From Eledone cirrhosa (Eukaryota), in contig CAXHJY010000442.1 of assembly GCA_964016885.1 (NCBI GenBank), forward strand, positions 62,001 to 126,000: 64,000 nucleotides of DNA. Reading direction: 5' to 3'. The position numbers and the translations under genes were made by a program. Positions 1-9,800 of the stretch are shown in pieces. The first letter of the stretch is position 1. Each line of letters begins with the position of its first letter. The notes beneath the pieces were generated by a model. That model saw only the letters and a program-made list of their open reading frames with translations, had not been told where the DNA came from and made no database searches.

Positions 1-122
1 CGATCTGTAATTACTGGTACATGTGCAGATACTCATTGGCTATGTGTGGCGTGAATTTCAGCAAGATATCTCCGTAAAATCAATAGTTGTGGCTGTGGAA
101 CCAAACCGTGTTAAACGTCAAC

Positions 123-190
123 AAAGTCCGCCGGCGAATGGTGTGCTTCGAAGAAAACGAATCCAAAAATGACGATTAGCCGGCGGATTT
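123..190. repeat. Intra-monomer inverted repeat, present in every monomer
   Basis: TCCGCCGGC (127-135) is the exact reverse complement of GCCGGCGGA (179-187). It extends through AAT/ATT (137-139/175-177) past one mismatch, and through AAA/TTT (123-125/188-190) past a 1-nt bulge at 126. Confidence 0.9.
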
Positions 191-201
191 ACCTTTTTAA
201 T

Positions 202-220
202 CGCGGGCCGGCCGCCCGCG
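202..220. repeat. GC-rich hairpin-forming dyad, present in every monomer
   Basis: CGCGGGC (202-208), loop CGGCC, GCCCGCG (214-220). It overlaps the palindrome GGCCGGCC (206-213). The T219 allele converts one G-C pair to G.T. Confidence 0.85.
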
Positions 221-3200
221 GTCGGATCGATCTGTAATTACTGGTACATGTGCAGATACTCATTGGCTATGTGTGGCGTGAATTTCAGCAAGATATCTCC
301 GTAAAATCAATAGTTGTGGCTGTGGAACCAAACCGTGTTAAACGTCAACAAACTCCGCCGGCGAATGGTGTGCTTCGAAGAAAACGAATCCAAAAATGAC
401 GATTAGCCGGCGGATTTACCTTTTCAATCGCGGGCCGGCCGCCCGTGGTCGGATCGATCTGTAATTACTGGTACATGTGCAGACACTCATTGGCTATGTG
501 TGGCGTGAATTTCAGCAAGATATCTCCGTAAAATCAATAGTTGTGGCTGTGGAACCAAACCGTGTTAAACGTCAACAAAGTCCGCCGGCGAATGGTGTGC
601 TTCGAAGAAAACGAATCCAAAAATGACGATTAGCCGGCGGATTTACCTTTTTAATCGCGGGCCGGCCGCCCGCGGTCGGATCGATCTGTAATTACTGGTA
701 CATGTGCAGATACTCATTGGCTATGTGTGGCGTGAATTTCAGCAAGATATCTCCGTAAAATCAATAGTTGTGGCTGTGGAACCAAACCGTGTTAAACGTC
801 AACAAAGTCCGCCGGCGAATGGTGTGCTTCGAAGAAAACGAATCAAAAAATGACGATTAGCCGGCGGATTTACCTTTTCCATCGCGGGCCGGCCGCCCGT
901 GGTCGGATCGATCTGTAATTACTGGTACATGTGCAGACACTCATTGGCTATGTGTGGCGTGAATTTCAGCAAGATATCTCCGTAAAATCAATAGTTGTGG
1001 CTGTGGAACCAAACCGTGTTAAACGTCAACAAACTCCGCCGGCGAATGGTGTGCTTCGAAGAAAACGAATCCAAAAATGACGATTAGCCGGCGGATTTAC
1101 CTTTTCAATCGCGGGCCGGCCGCCCGTGGTCGGATCGATCTGTAATTACTGGTACATGTGCAGACACTTATTGGCTATGTGTGGCGTGAATTTCAGCAAG
1201 ATATCTCCGTAAAATCAATAGTTGTGGCTGTGGAACCAAACCGTGTTAAACGTCAACAAAGTCCGCCGGCGAATGGTGTGCTTCGAAGAAAACGAATCCA
1301 AAAATGACGATTAGCCGGCGGATTTACCTTTTTAATCGCGGGCCGGCCGCCCGCGGTCGGATCGATCTGTAATTACTGGTACATGTGCAGATACTCATTG
1401 GCTATGTGTGGCGTGAATTTCAGCAAGATATCTCCGTAAAATCAATAGTTGTGGCTGTGGAACCAAACCGTGTTAAACGTCAACAAAGTCCGCCGGCGAA
1501 TGGTGTGCTTCGAAGAAAACGAATCCAAAAATGACGATTAGCCGGCGGATTTACCTTTTCAATCGCGGGCCGGCCGCCCGTGGTCGGATCGATCTGTAAT
1601 TACTGGTACATGTGCAGACACTCATTGCCTATGTGTGGCGTGAATTTCAGCAAGATATCTCCGTAAAATCAATAGTTGTGGCTGTGGAACCAAACCGTGT
1701 TAAACGTCAACAAAGTCCGCCGGCGAATGGTGTGCTTCGAAGAAAACGAATCCAAAAATGACGATTAGCCGGCGGATTTACCTTTTCAATCGCGGGCCGG
1801 CCGCCCGTGGTCGGATCGATCTGTAATTACTGGTACATGTGCAGACACTCATTGGCTATGTGTGGCGTGAATTTCAGCAAGATATCTCCGTAAAATCAAT
1901 AGTTGTGGCTGTGGAACCAAACCGTGTTAAACGTCAACAAAGTCCGCCGGCGAATGGTGTGCTTCGAAGAAAACGAATCCAAAAATGACGATTAGCCGGC
2001 GGATTTACCTTTTCAATCGCGGGCCGGCCGCCCGTGGTCGGATCGATCTGTAATTACTGGTACATGTGCAGACACTCATTGCCTATGTGTGGCGTGAATT
2101 TCAGCAAGATATCTCCGTAAAATCAATAGTTGTGGCTGTGGAACCAAACCGTGTTAAACGTCAACAAAGTCCGCCGGCGAATGGTGTGCTTCGAAGAAAA
2201 CGAATCCAAAAATGACGATTAGCCGGCGGATTTACCTTTTTAATCGCGGGCCGGCCGCCCGCGGTCGGATCGATCTGTAATTACTGGTACATGTGCAGAT
2301 ACTCATTGGCTATGTGTGGCGTGAATTTCAGCAAGATATCTCCGTAAAATCAATAGTTGTGGCTGTGGAACCAAACCGTGTTAAACGTCAACAAACTCCG
2401 CCGGCGAATGGTGTGCTTCGAAGAAAACGAATCCAAAAATGACGATTAGCCGGCGGATTTACCTTTTCAATCGCGGGCCGGCCGCCCGTGGTCGGATCGA
2501 TCTGTAATTACTGGTACATGTGCAGACACTCATTGGCTATGTGTGGCGTGAATTTCAGCAAGATATCTCCGTAAAATCAATAGTTGTGGCTGTGGAACCA
2601 AACCGTGTTAAACGTCAACAAAGTCCGCCGGCGAATGGTGTGCTTCGAAGAAAACGAATCCAAAAATGACGATTAGCCGGCGGATTTACCTTTTCAATCG
2701 CGGGCCGGCCGCCCGTGGTCGGATCGATCTGTAATTACTGGTACATGTGCAGACACTCATTGGCTATGTGTGGCGTGAATTTCAGCAAGATATCTCCGTA
2801 AAATCAATAGTTGTGGCTGTGGAACCAAACCGTGTTAAACGTCAACAAAGTCCGCCGGCGAATGGTGTGCTTCGAAGAAAACGAATCCAAAAATGACGAT
2901 TAGCCGGCGGATTTACCTTTTCAATCGCGGGCCGGCCGCCCGTGGTCGGATAGATCTGTAATTACTGGTACATGTGCAGACACTTATTGGCTATGTGTGG
3001 CGTGAATTTCAGCAAGATATCTCCGTAAAATCAATAGTTGTGGCTGTGGAACCAAACCGTGTTAAACGTCAACAAAGTCCGCCGGCGAATGGTGTGCTTC
3101 GAAGAAAACGAATCCAAAAATGACGATTAGCCGGCGGATTTACCTTTTTAATCGCGGGCCGGCCGCCCGCGGTCGGATCGATCTGTAATTACTGGTACAT

Positions 3201-6200
3201 GTGCAGATACTCATTGGCTATGTGTGGCGTGAATTTCAGCAAGATATCTCCGTAAAATCAATAGTTGTGGCTGTGGAACCAAACCGTGTTAAACGTCAAC
3301 AAAGTCCGCCGGCGAATGGTGTGCTTCGAAGAAAACGAATCCAAAAATGACGATTAGCCGGCGGATTTACCTTTTCAATCGCGGGCCGGCCGCCCGTGGT
3401 CGGATCGATCTGTAATTACTGGTACATGTGCAGACACTCATTGGTTATGTGTGGCGTGAATTTCAGCAAGATATCTCCGTAAAATCAATAGTTGTGGCTG
3501 TGGAACCAAACCGTGTTAAACGTCAACAAAGTCCGCCGGCGAATGGTGTGCTTCGAAGAAAACGAATCCAAAAATGACGATTAGCCGGCGGATTTACCTT
3601 TTTAATCGCGGGCCGGCCGCCCGCGGTCGGATCGATCTGTAATTACTGGTACATGTGCAGACACTCATTGGCTATGTGTGGCGTGAATTTCAGCAAGATA
3701 TCTCCGTAAAATCAATAGTTGTGGCTGTGGAACCAAACCGTGTTAAACGTCAACAAAGTCCGCCGGCGAATGGTGTGCTTCGAAGAAAACGAATCCAAAA
3801 ATGACGATTAGCCGGCGGATTTACCTTTTCAATCGCGGGCCGGCCGCCCGTGGTCGGATCGATCTGTAATTACTGGTACATGTGCAGACACTCATTGGCT
3901 ATGTGTGGCGTGAATTTCAGCAAGATATCTCCGTAAAATCAATAGTTGTGGCTGTGGAACCAAACCGTGTTAAACGTCAACAAAGTCCGCCGGCGAATGG
4001 TGTGCTTCGAAGAAAACGAATCCAAAAATGACGATTAGCCGGCGGATTTACCTTTTTAATCGCGGGCCGGCCGCCCGCGGTCGGATCGATCTGTAATTAC
4101 TGGTACATGTGCAGATACTCATTGGCTATGTGTGGCGTGAATTTCAGCAAGATATCTCCGTAAAATCAATAGTTGTGGCTGTGGAACCAAACCGTGTTAA
4201 ACGTCAACAAAGTCCGCCGGCGAATGGTGTGCTTCGAAGAAAACGAATCCAAAAATGACGATTAGCCGGCGGATTTACCTTTTCAATCGCGGGCCGGCCG
4301 CCCGTGGTCGGATCGATCTGTAATTACTGGTACATGTGCAGACACTCATTGGTTATGTGTGGCGTGAATTTCAGCAAGATATCTCCGTAAAATCAATAGT
4401 TGTGGCTGTGGAACCAAACCGTGTTAAACGTCAACAAAGTCCGCCGGCGAATGGTGTGCTTCGAAGAAAACGAATCCAAAAATGACGATTAGCCGGCGGA
4501 TTTACCTTTTTAATCGCGGGCCGGCCGCCCGCGGTCGGATCGATCTGTAATTACTGGTACATGTGCAGACACTCATTGGCTATGTGTGGCGTGAATTTCA
4601 GCAAGATATCTCCGTAAAATCAATAGTTGTGGCTGTGGAACCAAACCGTGTTAAACGTCAACAAAGTCCGCCGGCGAATGGTGTGCTTCGAAGAAAACGA
4701 ATCCAAAAATGACGATTAGCCGGCGGATTTACCTTTTCAATCGCGGGCCGGCCGCCCGTGGTCGGATCGATCTGTAATTACTGGTACATGTGCAGACACT
4801 CATTGGCTATGTGTGGCGTGAATTTCAGCAAGATATCTCCGTAAAATCAATAGTTGTGGCTGTGGAACCAAACCGTGTTAAACGTCAACAAAGTCCGCCG
4901 GCGAATGGTGTGCTTCGAAGAAAACGAATCCAAAAATGACGATTAGCCGGCGGATTTACCTTTTTAATCGCGGGCCGGCCGCCCGCGGTCGGATCGATCT
5001 GTAATTACTGGTACATGTGCAGACACTCATTGGCTATGTGTGGCGTGAATTTCAGCAAGATATCTCCGTAAAATCAATAGTTGTGGCTGTGGAACCAAAC
5101 CGTGTTAAACGTCAACAAAGTCCGCCGGCGAATGGTGTGCTTCGAAGAAAACGAATCCAAAAATGACGATTAGCCGGCGGATTTACCTTTTCAATCGCGG
5201 GCCGGCCGCCCGTGGTCGGATCGATCTGTAATTACTGGTACATGTGCAGACACTCATTGGCTATGTGTGGCGTGAATTTCAGCAAGATATCTCCGTAAAA
5301 TCAATAGTTGTGGCTGTGGAACCAAACCGTGTTAAACGTCAACAAAGTCCGCCGGCGAATGGTGTGCTTCGAAGAAAACGAATCCAAAAATGACGATTAG
5401 CCGGCGGATTTACCTTTTTAATCGCGGGCCGGCCGCCCGCGGTCGGATCGATCTGTAATTACTGGTACATGTGCAGATACTCATTGGCTATGTGTGGCGT
5501 GAATTTCAGCAAGATATCTCCGTAAAATCAATAGTTGTGGCTGTGGAACCAAACCGTGTTAAACGTCAACAAAGTCCGCCGGCGAATGGTGTGCTTCGAA
5601 GAAAACGAATCCAAAAATGACGATTAGCCGGCGGATTTACCTTTTCAATCGCGGGCCGGCCGCCCGTGGTCGGATCGATCTGTAATTACTGGTACATGTG
5701 CAGACACTCATTGGTTATGTGTGGCGTGAATTTCAGCAAGATATCTCCGTAAAATCAATAGTTGTGGCTGTGGAACCAAACCGTGTTAAACGTCAACAAA
5801 GTCCGCCGGCGAATGGTGTGCTTCGAAGAAAACGAATCCAAAAATGACGATTAGCCGGCGGATTTACCTTTTTAATCGCGGGCCGGCCGCCCGCGGTCGG
5901 ATCGATCTGTAATTACTGGTACATGTGCAGACACTCATTGGCTATGTGTGGCGTGAATTTCAGCAAGATATCTCCGTAAAATCAATAGTTGTGGCTGTGG
6001 AACCAAACCGTGTTAAACGTCAACAAAGTCCGCCGGCGAATGGTGTGCTTCGAAGAAAACGAATCCAAAAATGACGATTAGCCGGCGGATTTACCTTTTC
6101 AATCGCGGGCCGGCCGCCCGTGGTCGGATCGATCTGTAATTACTGGTACATGTGCAGACACTCATTGGCTATGTGTGGCGTGAATTTCAGCAAGATATCT

Positions 6201-6810
6201 CCGTAAAATCAATAGTTGTGGCTGTGGAACCAAACCGTGTTAAACGTCAACAAAGTCCGCCGGCGAATGGTGTGCTTCGAAGAAAACGAATCCAAAAATG
6301 ACGATTAGCCGGCGGATTTACCTTTTTAATCGCGGGCCGGCCGCCCGCGGTCGGATCGATCTGTAATTACTGGTACATGTGCAGACACTCATTGGCTATG
6401 TGTGGCGTGAATTTCAGCAAGATATCTCCGTAAAATCAATAGTTGTGGCTGTGGAACCAAACCGTGTTAAACGTCAACAAAGTCCGCCGGCGAATGGTGT
6501 GCTTCGAAGAAAACGAATCCAAAAATGACGATTAGCCGGCGGATTTACCTTTTTAATCGCGGGCCGGCCGCCCGCGGTCGGATCGATCTGTAATTACTGG
6601 TACATGTGCAGATACTCATTGGCTATGTGTGGCGTGAATTTCAGCAAGATATCTCCGTAAAATCAATAGTTGTGGCTGTGGAACCAAACCGTGTTAAACG
6701 TCAACAAAGTCCGCCGGCGAATGGTGTGCTTCGAAGAAAACGAATCCAAAAATGACGATTAGCCGGCGGATTTACCTTTTCAATCGCGGGCCGGCCGCCC
6801 GTGGTCGGAT

Positions 6811-9800
6811 CGATCTGTAATTACTGGTACATGTGCAGACACTCATTGGCTATGTGTGGCGTGAATTTCAGCAAGATATCTCCGTAAAATCAATAGTTGT
6901 GGCTGTGGAACCAAACCGTGTTAAACGTCAACAAAGTCCGCCGGCGAATGGTGTGCTTCGAAGAAAACGAATCCAAAAATGACGATTAGCCGGCGGATTT
7001 ACCTTTTTAATCGCGGGCCGGCCGCCCGCGGTCGGATCGATCTGTAATTACTGGTACATGTGCAGACACTCATTGGCTATGTGTGGCGTGAATTTCAGCA
7101 AGATATCTCCGTAAAATCAATAGTTGTGGCTGTGGAACCAAACCGTGTTAAACGTCAACAAAGTCCGCCGGCGAATGGTGTGCTTCGAAGAAAACGAATC
7201 CAAAAATGACGATTAGCCGGCGGATTTACCTTTTCAATCGCGGGCCGGCCGCCCGTGGTCGGATCGATCTGTAATTACTGGTACATGTGCAGACACTTAT
7301 TGGCTATGTGTGGCGTGAATTTCAGCAAGATATCTCCGTAAAATCAATAGTTGTGGCTGTGGAACCAAACCGTGTTAAACGTCAACAAAGTCCGCCGGCG
7401 AATGGTGTGCTTCGAAGAAAACGAATCCAAAAATGACGATTAGCCGGCGGATTTACCTTTTTAATCGCGGGCCGGCCGCCCGCGGTCGGATCGATCTGTA
7501 ATTACTGGTACATGTGCAGATACTCATTGGCTATGTGTGGCGTGAATTTCAGCAAGATATCTCCGTAAAATCAATAGTTGTGGCTGTGGAACCAAACCGT
7601 GTTAAACGTCAACAAAGTCCGCCGGCGAATGGTGTGCTTCGAAGAAAACGAATCCAAAAATGACGATTAGCCGGCGGATTTACCTTTTCAATCGCGGGCC
7701 GGCCGCCCGTGGTCGGATCGATCTGTAATTACTGGTACATGTGCAGACACTCATTGGCTATGTGTGGCGTGAATTTCAGCAAGATATCTCCGTAAAATCA
7801 ATAGTTGTGGCTGTGGAACCAAACCGTGTTAAACGTCAACAAAGTCCGCCGGCGAATGGTGTGCTTCGAAGAAAACGAATCCAAAAATGACGATTAGCCG
7901 GCGGATTTACCTTTTTAATCGCGGGCCGGCCGCCCGCGGTCGGATCGATCTGTAATTACTGGTACATGTGCAGACACTCATTGGCTATGTGTGGCGTGAA
8001 TTTCAGCAAGATATCTCCGTAAAATCAATAGTTGTGGCTGTGGAACCAAACCGTGTTAAACGTCAACAAAGTCCGCCGGCGAATGGTGTGCTTCGAAGAA
8101 AACGAATCCAAAAATGACGATTAGCCGGCGGATTTACCTTTTCAATCGCGGGCCGGCCGCCCGTGGTCGGATCGATCTGTAATTACTGGTACATGTGCAG
8201 AGACTTATTGGCTATGTGTGGCGTGAATTTCAGCAAGATATCTCCGTAAAATCAATAGTTGTGACTGTGGAACCAAACCGTGTTAAACGTCAACAAAGTC
8301 CGCCGGCGAATGGTGTGCTTCGAAGAAAACGAATCCAAAAATGACGATTAGCCGGCGGATTTACCTTTTTAATCGCGGGCCGGCCGCCCGCGGTCGGATC
8401 GATCTGTAATTACTGGTACATGTGCAGATACTCATTGGCTATGTGTGGCGTGAATTTCAGCAAGATATCTCCGTAAAATCAATAGTTGTGGCTGTGGAAC
8501 CAAACCGTGTTAAACGTCAACAAAGTCCGCCGGCGAATGGTGTGCTTCGAAGAAAACGAATCCAAAAATGACGATTAGCCGGCGGATTTACCTTTTTAAT
8601 CGCGGGCCGGCCGCCCGCGGTCGGATCGATCTGTAATTACTGGTACATGTGCAGATACTCATTGGCTATGTGTGGCGTGAATTTCAGCAAGATATCTCCG
8701 TAAAATCAATAGTTGTGGCTGTGGAACCAAACCGTGTTAAACGTCAACAAACTCCGCCGGCGAATGGTGTGCTTCGAAGAAAACGAATCCAAAAATGACG
8801 ATTAGCCGGCGGATTTACCTTTTCAATCGCGGGCCGGCCGCCCGTGGTCGGATCGATCTGTAATTACTGGTACATGTGCAGACACTCATTGGCTATGTGT
8901 GGCGTGAATTTCAGCAAGATATCTCCGTAAAATCAATAGTTGTGGCTGTGGAACCAAACCGTGTTAAACGTCAACAAAGTCCGCCGGCGAATGGTGTGCT
9001 TCGAAGAAAACGAATCCAAAAATGACGATTAGCCGGCGGATTTACCTTTTTAATCGCGGGCCGGCCGCCCGCGGTCGGATCGATCTGTAATTACTGGTAC
9101 ATGTGCAGATACTCATTGGCTATGTGTGGCGTGAATTTCAGCAAGATATCTCCGTAAAATCAATAGTTGTGGCTGTGGAACCAAACCGTGTTAAACGTCA
9201 ACAAAGTCCGCCGGCGAATGGTGTGCTTCGAAGAAAACGAATCAAAAAATGACGATTAGCCGGCGGATTTACCTTTTCCATCGCGGGCCGGCCGCCCGTG
9301 GTCGGATCGATCTGTAATTACTGGTACATGTGCAGACACTCATTGGCTATGTGTGGCGTGAATTTCAGCAAGATATCTCCGTAAAATCAATAGTTGTGGC
9401 TGTGGAACCAAACCGTGTTAAACGTCAACAAACTCCGCCGGCGAATGGTGTGCTTCGAAGAAAACGAATCCAAAAATGACGATTAGCCGGCGGATTTACC
9501 TTTTCAATCGCGGGCCGGCCGCCCGTGGTCGGATCGATCTGTAATTACTGGTACATGTGCAGACACTTATTGGCTATGTGTGGCGTGAATTTCAGCAAGA
9601 TATCTCCGTAAAATCAATAGTTGTGGCTGTGGAACCAAACCGTGTTAAACGTCAACAAAGTCCGCCGGCGAATGGTGTGCTTCGAAGAAAACGAATCCAA
9701 AAATGACGATTAGCCGGCGGATTTACCTTTTTAATCGCGGGCCGGCCGCCCGCGGTCGGATCGATCTGTAATTACTGGTACATGTGCAGATACTCATTGG

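Larger units (their letters stand above)
1..227 (+). repeat. Representative monomer (arbitrary phase)
   Basis: Hand count gives 109/227 G+C (48%) and 20 CpG. Recurrent polymorphic sites: pos 30 (T/C/G), 34 (C/T), 39 (G/C), 40 (C/T), 92 (G/A), 101 (C/T/A), 126 (G/C), 164 (C/A), 170 (T/C), 198 (T/C), 199 (A/C), 219 (C/T). Confidence 0.97.

Noticed and set aside
54-79. Plus-strand 12-nt micro-exon (TTTCAG|CAAGATATCTCC|GTAAAA)
   Set aside because: The donor context is weak. It mainly shows that splice-like parses arise easily by chance, which also tempers the minus-strand micro-exon hypothesis.
37-198. tRNA, 5S or SINE-like Pol III gene (TGGC...TGG, TTCGAA, T-run)
   Set aside because: The A-box and B-box matches are poor (GCTTCGAAGAA versus GGTTCGANNCC), no cloverleaf is evident, and there is no 5S similarity.
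194-222. Rho-independent terminator
   Set aside because: The T-run precedes the hairpin on the + strand, and on the - strand the hairpin is followed by ATT and an A-run. There is no upstream gene and the context is not prokaryote-like.
1-227. Hammerhead ribozyme or retrozyme-type satellite
   Set aside because: The CTGANGA core is not present on either strand.
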